Notes: generated by a model not told the origin, from the sequence alone. Numbered from the stretch's first letter, positions 36,200-46,091 are shown. The stretch: 64,000 nucleotides of DNA from an uncultured Candidatus Saccharibacteria bacterium (GCA_964609765.1 CAZSSD010000001.1:45282-109281), one strand, 5' to 3'. Program-made: numbers and translations.

Positions 36200-39100
36200 G
36201 CAGTCACAACCAAGATTCCGAATTGGATGAATTAGAAAGAATGGCGCGCGAAGCGTTGCGAGCTCAAGGCGTGGACCCGGATGCTGCGTCGTCTGACGCT
36301 GAAGTTCCTTTATCGCCAAGCGAGCCGGCAAAGCCGCGCCGAAGGCGCGCAAGTGGCGCTGCGGCGGACGCCTTAGTGGCGCGGGCAGGGACCAGTTCGG
36401 GTTTATCCGAACCAGCGGTTCCGCCTGTACCCGAGGCAGCCCCGATGCCGCAAGCAGCGCCAAAGCGTAGGAGGGCTAGTGGTCAGGAAGCGGACGATCT
36501 GGTCAGCAGGGCTGGCGCTCCTACCGCCCAGCCGCCGAGAGTGAGAGTAGCAGAAACCAAGTCGGAGCCAACAATACCCGAGCCCGTGCCGGTCGCTCCC
36601 ATACCGCGTATAGAAAGTCCGTGGCTTGAGCCCGCGGCCGCCAAACCGCCGGAGCAAAAGACGGCCGGGGATGAAGAAATTATTGATCGCGAAACAATGG
36701 AGGAGATGCGCGGGCGCATTGAATCGGACCTCTCAACCCTGTCTCAAATGTCCGAGCCCGAGCTTGATCGGGTAAAGATTTCTATCGAGTCTTTTCAGAG
36801 ATTTACGGCTGATAAGGATTTACAGACAATTGAGCTGCATTGTTTTATAGCGGACGCGCTTTCACGGGTGGAAAGCGCGCGCCTGAAATTGAGAAATGGC
36901 GGAGATAAGAGATTGCCAGCGGAACAGGAGCCAACCAGGCCAGAAACGGAACTGGAAAGAGAATTGCGAGGCGTCATGGCTGAAGTTTTGTCTGAAGTCG
37001 GTTTAAGGCCAGATGAGGTCAAGGCCATAGATTTTGGAAAAATCTGGGCCTACCTTAAGAAAGTTGGGGGAACAAAAATAGATCTTAAAGATATGCTGAT
37101 TGCCGGCGGTCCGGCCATCGTTGTTGCGGGTATTTTGCGCTGGACATTACGGACTAAACTGGGCTGGGCACCGGAAACAGCCGGCGCCGTGGTGGGCGGC
37201 CTGTTCGGCTTGGCCAGGGGTATAAGCGCCGAAGATAGGCGCCAGCAGACGCGCCGGACAAAATATCAGGAAATTCTGCACGAGTTTACGGCCACGGGCG
37301 GATTTGACGGCTTGTGGGCAATGGCTGATAAGGATATTTTAAAGGCCATGACTACGGTTTTGGCCATGCGCAAGACAGTGGAAAAGGCCGAGGGCGAGCT
37401 TGACCCGGCACGTTATCAGGAATTGACGGATTTAATCACCAAGCAGGAGATTTTACTATTGCGCCGGAAAGAGTTGCGGGAGAGCCAAGGCGTGGAACGC
37501 TTGGTTAAATTTATGGCGGTGACGCGCGGTGTAAACCTTGATGGCTTGCAAAGCCAGCGTAAATTACTGCTGCACCGTTTTATTCTAGACCGGACTGTCG
37601 GCGCTGAAGTAAAAATAGCGGCCGGACAGCGGCGGGATTATAAAGCCGTGGCCGGCAAGGCCGTGGCCGGTGCGGCCATTGGCTGGAGCATGGCGGCTTT
37701 GACTGATTTGCTCTTTGATTGGGCAAGAGTCCGATTTTTTAGCGGTGCCCCGGCCGAAGCGGCGCCGGAGGGTGCCGGACCGAGTGAAGCACCAACCGGA
37801 GCGGAAGGAGCGCCTGCCGAGCCAACCACACCTCCGGCTGAAACAACTGACACGTCAACTGCGCCCACTCCCACAGAGCAGCCGCCAGCGCCGAAACCAG
37901 ACATAAAAGCAGCACCGGCGCCCGCCGCGGCTGAACCGGCTGAACCTACTACGCCCGCTGCCGGCGACTTAGAGCGTGCTTTAACGGCCGCGTCGGACCG
38001 AGCCCAAGACATAGTCAAAGAAGCGCGCGAAGCGGCCGCCGCCGCGCGCGCGGCCATGGCCAATGCGCCGAGCGAACAAGCTCGTACCGCTGCTGAACTC
38101 GCGGCCCAAAAAGCGGAGGCCGCCGCCCAAGCCGCCGAGCGAGCCGCGGCTGAAGTAGGCAGGGCCACTACGCGCGAAGCGGCGCAAAAGGCGCTTCGGG
38201 AAGTGGCCGGCAAAGTGGCGGAAGCGCAAATGGAGCAGCAAGCGGCCGAGGCGGCCACGGCCGCAGGCAAGGCCATTGAAATTGCGGGCGAAAAGATTGT
38301 GATACCCGGGACGCTCATGGATGTCACGAGCGAGGCCGGCAAAAACGGCATCTCCTATCTGGTGCGGGATCAGCTTGAATATATTGCCGACCAAGTTAAG
38401 GGTAATGCGGAAGTGTTGCAAAAGATATTCGGTCCGAGCATTGATGCCGCGGATGTGGCCGAGCGATCGGCGGACTTTAGGCAGGCTTTGCGGGAAAAAA
38501 TGTTTGCGGTTTTGGAAAACAATGAGGTGGACGGTAAAACCATTCTTAAGTTAGATGAGGCAGGGAAGGTAATTTCTGAAGTACGTTTAGGCGCCGCTGA
38601 TGTTAATACCGTGTCCATAGAATACGACCCCTCTAATCCGAGTGGCTTTGCGGTGAAGGTCGAACCGCCGACCTATGTTGAACCTGTTGCGCCGGCCCAA
38701 CCTCTCGCGCCGCCAGCAGAAGCGGCGGCGTCACCGGCCGCCTGGCCGAGGAAATTTTCGCTTGAAGACTTACTGAAGTTCAGAGAGGCCGTTAATTCGC
38801 CCAATTTCCCGGAGTCGGTAGATAAATTGGGCGGGCATTTTAATCTTCAAGAGCCGTCCTTGCCGCCGGACGGAGTTCCGCAGCCGCCTGATTATTTGCG
38901 CGAGGATTTCTGGCAGGGCCACGCGCCAACTAAAATGGGTCTTTTATTCGAGGCGCCCACGACAGCCATGGCCGCGGCGCGCCTGTGGTTTTTAGGAAGT
39001 ATGGTCAGCGCCGGACTTTACGGCGCGCATGAGGCCACTCAAGCCGTCGTCTCCCGAGTCTCGTCAAAGACTGAAAAAACTCCCGGGGCCGGCCTTGCCC

Positions 39101-39501
39101 CGGAGGCGAAAAAGTTTGTCAGATTGCGCGAGCGCCTCAAAGCCAAAGATAAATCACGCATGAGCAGCCGCGAAAAAGTGGTCACGGCCTTAATTTATCT
39201 CAATCCCAAAGATTTTGTTAACCCCGGCGAGCGCACCCTGACGCCTTTGGAATTTTACGGCGATAAAGAAACGCCGGGCGTTTATCGCTTAATTAAAAAT
39301 CACAACTGGCCGGCGGTATTTAATAGGCTATTGGCTTTGAAACTTGAGAAAGGCCCGGAAAAACGTGAGCTTATTGATGAGGCCGCGGCCTTGCTGGGCG
39401 ATTTGGAAGGCGCCCGCGTGGCCTATATCAATTATAAAAACGGTCGCCAGTCTAAAGAGACGGCCGCCATTGATCGCGGCGCGTCGCGGCTCGCGGCCTA
39501 A
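36196..39501 (+). CDS. giant hypothetical membrane protein (1101 aa) with Ala/Pro/Thr-rich linkers
   Basis: 4-nt overlap with the upstream gene. Internal TM helices (GGPAIVVAGILRW; AVAGAAIGWSMAALTDLLF) and a long APAEPTTPPAETTDTSTAPTPTEQPPAPKP region. Confidence 0.6.
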   Translation: MSSHNQDSELDELERMAREALRAQGVDPDAASSDAEVPLSPSEPAKPRRRRASGAAADALVARAGTSSGLSEPAVPPVPEAAPMPQAAPKRRRASGQEADDLVSRAGAPTAQPPRVRVAETKSEPTIPEPVPVAPIPRIESPWLEPAAAKPPEQKTAGDEEIIDRETMEEMRGRIESDLSTLSQMSEPELDRVKISIESFQRFTADKDLQTIELHCFIADALSRVESARLKLRNGGDKRLPAEQEPTRPETELERELRGVMAEVLSEVGLRPDEVKAIDFGKIWAYLKKVGGTKIDLKDMLIAGGPAIVVAGILRWTLRTKLGWAPETAGAVVGGLFGLARGISAEDRRQQTRRTKYQEILHEFTATGGFDGLWAMADKDILKAMTTVLAMRKTVEKAEGELDPARYQELTDLITKQEILLLRRKELRESQGVERLVKFMAVTRGVNLDGLQSQRKLLLHRFILDRTVGAEVKIAAGQRRDYKAVAGKAVAGAAIGWSMAALTDLLFDWARVRFFSGAPAEAAPEGAGPSEAPTGAEGAPAEPTTPPAETTDTSTAPTPTEQPPAPKPDIKAAPAPAAAEPAEPTTPAAGDLERALTAASDRAQDIVKEAREAAAAARAAMANAPSEQARTAAELAAQKAEAAAQAAERAAAEVGRATTREAAQKALREVAGKVAEAQMEQQAAEAATAAGKAIEIAGEKIVIPGTLMDVTSEAGKNGISYLVRDQLEYIADQVKGNAEVLQKIFGPSIDAADVAERSADFRQALREKMFAVLENNEVDGKTILKLDEAGKVISEVRLGAADVNTVSIEYDPSNPSGFAVKVEPPTYVEPVAPAQPLAPPAEAAASPAAWPRKFSLEDLLKFREAVNSPNFPESVDKLGGHFNLQEPSLPPDGVPQPPDYLREDFWQGHAPTKMGLLFEAPTTAMAAARLWFLGSMVSAGLYGAHEATQAVVSRVSSKTEKTPGAGLAPEAKKFVRLRERLKAKDKSRMSSREKVVTALIYLNPKDFVNPGERTLTPLEFYGDKETPGVYRLIKNHNWPAVFNRLLALKLEKGPEKRELIDEAAALLGDLEGARVAYINYKNGRQSKETAAIDRGASRLAA

Positions 39502-39503
39502 AA

Positions 39504-39818
39504 TTGGACAAAAAAATGGACACACCCAAACAAATTGCGGACAAATTATTCAAGGAACTCAATTTGCAGAACCAGCCGCCCAAACGCCAACAGGAAGTGC
39601 TGGAAGAGCTGGTTGAACATTTTTCGCAGGTCATCATTACAACCATGCTGCGCCAAGTTAATGACGAGCAGTTTGCCGATTTGGAAAAGGCGCTCAACTC
39701 GACCGATTGGCAAAATGAGGTTTTGCGCATTGCCGGGGAGGTTCCCGGCCTGGCCGAAGCCATAGAAAACAACATTCAGAGCGAATATGATATGATGAAG
39801 ACGGTTATGAACTCTTAA
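39504..39818 (+). CDS. small acidic helical hypothetical protein (104 aa)
   Basis: Tightly packed between giant gene 3 and the next ORF. TTG at 39504 or ATG at 39516. Confidence 0.45.
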   Translation: MDKKMDTPKQIADKLFKELNLQNQPPKRQQEVLEELVEHFSQVIITTMLRQVNDEQFADLEKALNSTDWQNEVLRIAGEVPGLAEAIENNIQSEYDMMKTVMNS

Positions 39819-39824
39819 AACAAA

Positions 39825-40487
39825 ATGTCGTCAATATTTAATCGCAGCGAGCAAAAAGATTATAAGGTTGAACCGATTGCGCCGCCCCCGCGTCCGCACT
39901 TGGAACAGGACCCGGACAAGCTTAAGGCACCCGGCCGGGCAGAGCTTGAAAATTTCGCGGCCCAAGGCTGGCTGGATAAAGCCAACATCTTTGCCTACGA
40001 GCGCGGCGGCGAAAGTGGCTGGGTCTTTTATACAACCGATGTTTTGAAAGATAAAATGGCCGCCGAGCTGCGCGCGGCCGGTTACAATGATATTCATATT
40101 GTCGCTATCAGTGAAAACGAATATGCCATTTATATCGCTAATCCGGCGGTGCGGGCCAGGCGTGAAGGCGAGAATTGGTTTCGCATGCGCGAGCGGCGCG
40201 TATCCACCGAGGCCGTCGCGGCGAGTAGTCTTGATCATCCAGCCGCTAACGCCGGCCCGGAAAGGTTGGCCGGCCCGGGCAGCCAAGATTTAAGTGACGT
40301 TGAACCTCCGCCTGCGCGGCCGGCAAGCGAGACGCAAAAGACGGTAATTGAAAAAATCGGCCCCGAAAATTTTTTACGCTTAACCATAAACCGGTTTAAT
40401 TCAAGCCGCGATCCCGGCTTTGACGAAGTTGACCTGGAGCAAGCTTTTTTTACGGCCCGGGCATATATTGAACAGAAACAAAATTAA
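39825..40487 (+). CDS. hypothetical protein (220 aa)
   Basis: ATG start; 2-nt gap before the downstream ATPase gene. Confidence 0.5.
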   Translation: MSSIFNRSEQKDYKVEPIAPPPRPHLEQDPDKLKAPGRAELENFAAQGWLDKANIFAYERGGESGWVFYTTDVLKDKMAAELRAAGYNDIHIVAISENEYAIYIANPAVRARREGENWFRMRERRVSTEAVAASSLDHPAANAGPERLAGPGSQDLSDVEPPPARPASETQKTVIEKIGPENFLRLTINRFNSSRDPGFDEVDLEQAFFTARAYIEQKQN

Positions 40488-40489
40488 AT

Positions 40490-43048
40490 ATGTTTGAAGA
40501 TTCGCCCACAAATTATTACGCAGCAAACGGCGGCGGCGCCGACTGGCTTTGGTATTTGGTTTTAGTTATAGGTTTGGTGTTCTTGGCTATGGTTTTTTGG
40601 AAACGCCGGGCAATCTTAAGCCGGGCCAAACTATTCCGTTCGCTTGATCTTGTTTTTTTTGAAGTTCTCATGCCCCGCGAAACCGCGGAAGATAAATTCG
40701 GCCAAGAATCCACCAAACAAAACGAAAAAGAAATAATCGGTATCGCCGAACAACTTTATACCACGGTTTATTATCCGTCGCCGCCCTGGTACAAGCGGTT
40801 TTGGACCGGGACGGATTCAATATCATTTGAGATTTCCGCTTTCCAAAAAAAGATCCATTTTTATGTAACCTGCCCCCGGGCGCTGGTGGGCGCGGTGGAG
40901 AGGCAGATACACGCGCAGTATCCCAAAGCGGCGGTTGAAGAAATAACCGGCTATCAGATATTTCGCAAGGGCAATTTTGTGGCGGCCACCGAGCTTAAAC
41001 TGCAAAAAAATTACGTCTATCCGATTAAGACTTACGCCGAACAAAATTCTGATCCGCTTGACGCCATTACTAATGCCATGAGCAAATTGACGGGCGAGGA
41101 GTCCATGTCGTTGCAGCTCACGCTCATACCCGCGCACGCTAAGTGGGGCAGGCGGCCGCGCCAATATGCGTCCGAAATTCAGCAAGGCAAACGGCCGGGC
41201 CATGTTATTATCCACCCCGCCCATAAAGTGGCCAGGGAGCTTGGCAAAACGGTGGGACAAGGCGTGGGGCAGCTTTTTGGCGCGACCGATAAAGCCGGCA
41301 ATTTGCCGGATCAAGACAACAAGCCCATCAATCTTACGCCCATGCAGCAAGAGATTGTAAAAAAACTTGAGGAAAAGGCGAGCAAAATATCCTGGCATGC
41401 CAATATCAGGCTAATTGCCGCATCGGAAACAAAGGTTATGGCCGAGAGCCACCTCAATACTTTGTTGGCGACTTTTACCCAGTACAGTATGCCGCCTTTT
41501 AACGGTTTTAAAATTCGCCACAAGAATGTAAAAAGAATTACCAAAGACTTTATTTTGCGCAATTATAACAGGAGCAAGATGATTCTGAATACGGCGGAAC
41601 TGTCTTCAATCTGGCATCCGGCCACCAAGTTTATGGAGACGCCCAATATTCAGTGGTTGACGAGCCGCAAAGCGCCGCCGCCGCCCAACTTGCCGGACAG
41701 CGGCACCCTTTTGGGCATTAACGTTTACCGTGATGTGGAGACTCCGGCTTACATCCTCGATGAAGATCGAATGAGGCACGTTTATATTATCGGCCGCACC
41801 GGCGTTGGTAAAACCGAGATTATGCAGAATATGGCCATTCAGGATATCCGCGCCGGCAAGGGTGTTTGCGTGGTTGATCCGCACGGCGAGTTTATCGAAA
41901 ACGTTCTGTACGCCATACCCAAGGAAAGGGCCGAAGATGTTGTCCTTTTTGAGCCAGCCGATATGGCCCGCCCGTTTGGTTTAAATATGCTTGATGTCAA
42001 GAATGAGGCGCAAAAGGACTTTGTGGTGCAGGAGATGATCGCCATTTTCGAGAAACTATTCCCGCCGGAGGTGATCGGCCCGATGTTTGAACATAATATG
42101 CGCAATGTTATGCTGACCCTCATTGCCGATCACAATGATCCGGGCACGCTTGTTGAGATACCGCGCATGTTTACTGATCCGGCTTTTCAGCGTATCTATA
42201 TCAATCGGGTTAAGGATCCGACCGTACTTTCTTTTTGGGAACAGGAAATGGCCAAGACCAGCGATTTTCATAAGTCTGAAATGCTGGGTTATCTTATTAG
42301 CAAGGTGGGCCGTTTTGTGGAGAATACGATGATGCGAAATATTATCGGCCAAAAGCGCAACTCCTTCGATTTCAGGGAAATAATGGATAACGGCAAGATT
42401 TTATTGGTCAATCTTTCAAAAGGCAAGATTGGCGAGCTTAATGCCAAGCTTTTGGGTTTAATTATCGTCAGCAAACTGCAAATGGCGGCGCTCTCACGGG
42501 CCGATCAGCCCGAGGCCGAGCGTCGCGAATTTTACCTTTATGTGGATGAGTTCCAGAATTTTGTGACCGACTCATTCGCCACCATACTTTCCGAGGCCAG
42601 AAAATACAAACTGGGGTTAAATATTGCCCACCAATACCTTTCGCAGCTAACCGCCGAAAAACCCGGCTCGTCCGCGCAGGATACCAAGGTGCGCGACGCC
42701 GTTTTTGGCAATGTCGGCACGATGGTGGCCTTCAGAATAGGCGTGGAAGATGCCGAGGTCATGGCCAAGGAATTTGCGCCGACGTTTTCCGAATTTGACG
42801 TTGTTAACATTGAACGTTTTAACGCCTACATTAAATTAATGGTTCATAATACGGTCACGCGTCCGTTTAGCATCAAAACGCTGAAGAGCGAAAAGTTTAA
42901 TGATCGGGAAACCGTGGAAGCTATCAGACGATTGTCGCGCTTGAAGTACGGACGCCCGCGCGAGCAGGTAGAAGCGGATATTCTTGAGCGCAGCCAGCTG
43001 CAAAAAATATCTCTGGAACCCAAAGACGTAAGAGGCCAATTTGCCTAA
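40490..43048 (+). CDS. membrane-anchored FtsK/HerA-superfamily P-loop ATPase (DUF87/VirB4-VirD4-like conjugation/secretion ATPase)
   Basis: N-terminal TM helix (WLWYLVLVIGLVFLAMVFW). Walker A IIGRTGVGKTE followed by VVDPHGEF (HerA/TraG-type motif). Walker B FYLYVDEFQNF. A C-terminal ...RKYKLGLNIAHQYLSQL as in TraD/TraG/VirB4 C-termini. Confidence 0.65.
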   Translation: MFEDSPTNYYAANGGGADWLWYLVLVIGLVFLAMVFWKRRAILSRAKLFRSLDLVFFEVLMPRETAEDKFGQESTKQNEKEIIGIAEQLYTTVYYPSPPWYKRFWTGTDSISFEISAFQKKIHFYVTCPRALVGAVERQIHAQYPKAAVEEITGYQIFRKGNFVAATELKLQKNYVYPIKTYAEQNSDPLDAITNAMSKLTGEESMSLQLTLIPAHAKWGRRPRQYASEIQQGKRPGHVIIHPAHKVARELGKTVGQGVGQLFGATDKAGNLPDQDNKPINLTPMQQEIVKKLEEKASKISWHANIRLIAASETKVMAESHLNTLLATFTQYSMPPFNGFKIRHKNVKRITKDFILRNYNRSKMILNTAELSSIWHPATKFMETPNIQWLTSRKAPPPPNLPDSGTLLGINVYRDVETPAYILDEDRMRHVYIIGRTGVGKTEIMQNMAIQDIRAGKGVCVVDPHGEFIENVLYAIPKERAEDVVLFEPADMARPFGLNMLDVKNEAQKDFVVQEMIAIFEKLFPPEVIGPMFEHNMRNVMLTLIADHNDPGTLVEIPRMFTDPAFQRIYINRVKDPTVLSFWEQEMAKTSDFHKSEMLGYLISKVGRFVENTMMRNIIGQKRNSFDFREIMDNGKILLVNLSKGKIGELNAKLLGLIIVSKLQMAALSRADQPEAERREFYLYVDEFQNFVTDSFATILSEARKYKLGLNIAHQYLSQLTAEKPGSSAQDTKVRDAVFGNVGTMVAFRIGVEDAEVMAKEFAPTFSEFDVVNIERFNAYIKLMVHNTVTRPFSIKTLKSEKFNDRETVEAIRRLSRLKYGRPREQVEADILERSQLQKISLEPKDVRGQFA

Positions 43049-43109
43049 ATCCGGGGCTAAGACTATAATATATGATGAATTGGGACTAGGACTTGGCTAA
43101 TCTTAGTAC

Positions 43110-43138
43110 TTGACAATACCTCTAAAAGAAACTAAAAT
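43110..43138 (+). promoter_or_regulatory. sigma70-like promoter TTGACA-17 nt-TAAAAT, followed by a ~170-nt GC-rich structured leader
   Basis: Consensus -35 box with 17-nt spacing. The leader contains the hairpins CTGTGGC-tttg-CCACGG and GGGAAAAC...GTTTTCCC. Confidence 0.45.
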
Positions 43139-43315
43139 AAATCAGCTTATATTTGGTTTTGAAAAAATATTACTAAATAATAAAAAGATCCGTTTTGCGA
43201 GCCTGTGGCTTTGCCACGGCGAGCAATCCTTACCGAAAGGGAGGGAACGTAGCGAAGCGGAGTTGGGAAGGGAAAACGCAGGCTCGTAGAGCCGCAAGGT
43301 TTTCCCTCACAAAAA

Positions 43316-43993
43316 ATGTCTGATATTTCAAATTTGGCGCGCATTCAGCAGCTGCTGGAAAGCGCCGAGCAAGAGCTGCAGTCGGCCAAACAACTTTTAC
43401 AGCAAGTGATGGGCGAAATTCCAGAAGCTGGTAGTTCGTCCGATCCAGACGTGCTGATATCTAAAGCTAGGACGCTTTCTGTTTCGGAGGGCGGTAAGAT
43501 TATTGAAGGTATTTTCGACGGTCAGAATATGGTTGGCCCGGATGGCCGCATGTATCCTGTGCCCGCTAATTACGCTTCTAAAAGCAAACTGGTGGAAGGT
43601 GATGTCTTAAAACTGACCATTGCCCCGGACGGCAGCTTTATTTACAAGCAAATCGGACCGGTTGAGCGCAAGCGGGTGGTGGGCATATTGGTGCAGGACG
43701 AAAAGGGTGATTATCGGGTGGTGGCCGAGGGCAAGTCTTATCGGGTTTTATTGGCTTCCTTGACTTACTACAAATCAGAACCGGGGGACCAGGTGACTTT
43801 ATTGGTACCAACAGAGCATGAGTCAGCTTGGGCGGCGGTTGAAAACGTTATTAAAAAGGGCGCCGAAGAATTTCCTCAAACCACCGGTCCGCAGTATCAA
43901 ACCGAAGCTTCTCCAGACGAAGCCCGGCCCCAAGACGAAGGTTCGCGACAGGTTAGGATTTTAACTGACGACGATGATCTGTTGGGGGAATAG
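43316..43993 (+). CDS. hypothetical protein (225 aa), N-terminal coiled coil
   Basis: ATG start downstream of the structured leader. Confidence 0.5.
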   Translation: MSDISNLARIQQLLESAEQELQSAKQLLQQVMGEIPEAGSSSDPDVLISKARTLSVSEGGKIIEGIFDGQNMVGPDGRMYPVPANYASKSKLVEGDVLKLTIAPDGSFIYKQIGPVERKRVVGILVQDEKGDYRVVAEGKSYRVLLASLTYYKSEPGDQVTLLVPTEHESAWAAVENVIKKGAEEFPQTTGPQYQTEASPDEARPQDEGSRQVRILTDDDDLLGE

Positions 43994-44002
43994 CCATTCG
44001 GA

Positions 44003-44482
44003 ATGCTCAATATAAATCTATTTAAACAGTTTTTGAAATTTGGCGCGGTCGGGGTGCTCAACACTTTGGTTGATCTAGGCGTGCTTACTATTTTGATTTA
44101 TTTTGAGCCTACGGGCAAGGCGGGTTTGCTTTATGCGCTTTTTAAGGCCATCGCATTTATTGTGGCTAATATTAACAGCTACGTCTTTAATAAATTTTGG
44201 ACGTTTCGTGAGGATGGCGGGCAAAAGCGCACAACGGTTGAGTTTTCGGAATATTTTTTGGTTAGTCTGATTGGCATGTTGATTAATGTAAGCGTGGCTT
44301 CGCTTGTGGTTAATTATTTCCTGATCTATGAATACCATCCGGTTCTGGCGGTATTGCAAAAGCCCTGGCCGCAGATATCGGCGCTCTTTGGCACTGCCTT
44401 TGGCCTGGTCTGGAATTTTCTGGGCTATAAATTCCTTGTATTTACCCGCAAAAATAAGCCCGCGCCAGCGCCTAAATACTAA
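44003..44482 (+). CDS. GtrA-family small membrane protein (polyprenyl-sugar flippase-like)
   Basis: FLKFGAVGVLNTLVDLGVL...NKFWTFRE is a GtrA-family signature. Four TM helices. Confidence 0.7.
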   Translation: MLNINLFKQFLKFGAVGVLNTLVDLGVLTILIYFEPTGKAGLLYALFKAIAFIVANINSYVFNKFWTFREDGGQKRTTVEFSEYFLVSLIGMLINVSVASLVVNYFLIYEYHPVLAVLQKPWPQISALFGTAFGLVWNFLGYKFLVFTRKNKPAPAPKY

Positions 44483-44561
44483 AAATAGAACATCAATTTA
44501 TGTTTGGTTCGGACCAATCCAAGTTCGGGCTTTTTTATTTTTAGTCTGCTATAATATGGGT

Positions 44562-46031
44562 ATGTCTAAAGCGCTTTATCGGCTATACCGCCCCCAAAAA
44601 TTTTCAGATGTGGTTGGCCAGGAACATGTTATTACTACCCTCGCCAATCAGGTTAAAAGCGGTCAAATTGGCCATGCTTATTTATTTACCGGCTCGCGCG
44701 GTGTCGGCAAAACCTCGGTGGCGCGCATTTTAGCGCGGGCGGCCAATTGTCAATCTCCCGCTATTTTTGAACCAGATAACGCCTGCGACGCCTGCCAGGA
44801 CATACTTCAAGGCAAAAGCTTGGATTTGATGGAAATAGACGCCGCTTCGCATACCGGCGTGGACAATATACGGGAAATTATCGATCACCTAGCTATCCCG
44901 CCAAGCCGTGCCAAATATCGTACTTATATTATTGACGAGGTGCATATGCTCTCACGCGGCGCTTTTAATGCGCTCTTAAAAACTCTTGAAGAGCCGCCCG
45001 CGCACGCTTTGTTCATATTGGCTACGACCGAGGCGCATAAGGTGCCGGCGACCATTATTTCGCGCACGCAAAGATTTGACTTTAAAAAACTGACCGACGC
45101 CGAAATTGCCAAACAGCTGAATTTAATTGTCCAAAAAGAGGGCTTGGCAATTAAAGCCGAGGTTTTAGAGGCCATTGCCCAGTCTGTTGACGGAAGCTTG
45201 CGCGACGCTCTGGTCCTGCTGGAAAAGGCCATTCATTTGGCCCGGTCAGAGCACACCACCGCCGACGATATTCAAAAACTGCTCGGGATTACGCCCATTC
45301 GTTTCCGCCAAGAATTTTTGACACTCGTTAAAGAGAAAGACTTGGCCAAAACTGCCAAATTCTTGAGAGATTTGTCCGAGCAGGGTTATAATTTAGAGCA
45401 GTTCACGCGCGATTTTTTGGAATATGTGCGCAATGCCTTAACCGCAAACATGGATCGCGAATTGGCAAAGCTCGCCGATTATTTCTTGGAAAGTTATGCG
45501 CAATTAAGAATCAGTCCGGTGCCGGAGCTGCCCTTGCTCGTGGCGGCCGTAAAGTTTGCTGAAAGTTCAGGAGAGGCGGCAAAGATTGAGGCCGAGCCGA
45601 ACGAGTCAAGCAGCGGGTCCGTCCCAAAAGCCGCCGCCAATAATAAGGAAGAAACGAAGGTGGTTTTAAATCAGGCCAAAGTTTCCGAGCACTGGCTTGA
45701 AATACTGGAAAGAGTGCGGGCCTATAATCAATCGCTTTTAACGGCGCTTAAGTTGGCTAAACCGGTCGGCCATGTTAATGGTACGATTACTATCGCTTTT
45801 CCTTATAAATTTCATGCGGACACAGTGAACGCCGCTAAAAACCGTTTGATAATCGAACGCGTTTTGGAAGAGCTTTTTGGCCACAAGATGCAGGTAAGAT
45901 GCGTGACGGAAAAAGAGGCGGGTATGGCTGGCCATGAGCATAGGCAGGCAGAAACGGAAAACAAGAGCCGGATGAACAATGATTTGCTCAACAGCGCCTT
46001 AGATATTTTGGGCGGGGAAGTCGTTAATTAG
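44562..46031 (+). CDS. dnaX: DNA polymerase III subunit gamma/tau
   Basis: LYRLYRPQKFSDVVGQEHV...GSRGVGKTS (Walker A), a C4 Zn module (CQSPA...CDACQ) and an SRC motif. A TATAAT box at 44549 supports the ATG 44562 start rather than the 44328 ORF start. Confidence 0.85.
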   Translation: MSKALYRLYRPQKFSDVVGQEHVITTLANQVKSGQIGHAYLFTGSRGVGKTSVARILARAANCQSPAIFEPDNACDACQDILQGKSLDLMEIDAASHTGVDNIREIIDHLAIPPSRAKYRTYIIDEVHMLSRGAFNALLKTLEEPPAHALFILATTEAHKVPATIISRTQRFDFKKLTDAEIAKQLNLIVQKEGLAIKAEVLEAIAQSVDGSLRDALVLLEKAIHLARSEHTTADDIQKLLGITPIRFRQEFLTLVKEKDLAKTAKFLRDLSEQGYNLEQFTRDFLEYVRNALTANMDRELAKLADYFLESYAQLRISPVPELPLLVAAVKFAESSGEAAKIEAEPNESSSGSVPKAAANNKEETKVVLNQAKVSEHWLEILERVRAYNQSLLTALKLAKPVGHVNGTITIAFPYKFHADTVNAAKNRLIIERVLEELFGHKMQVRCVTEKEAGMAGHEHRQAETENKSRMNNDLLNSALDILGGEVVN

Positions 46032-46091
46032 GACTTTTCAAAAGCGAAATTTTCTGTTAAAATATAAAGGCTTTTACGGCCTTTTAATTAT

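Noticed and set aside
44483-44560. ffs (4.5S/SRP RNA) upstream of dnaX, a common bacterial arrangement.
   Set aside because: The spacer is only about 80 nt, AT-rich, and lacks the GGAAGCAGCCAAGG-type domain IV motif.
44328-44561. 78-aa N-terminal extension of the dnaX ORF as given in the ORF track.
   Set aside because: It overlaps the GtrA-like gene in another frame and has junk composition. A TATAAT box sits at 44549 just before the conserved MSKALYRLYRPQKF start.
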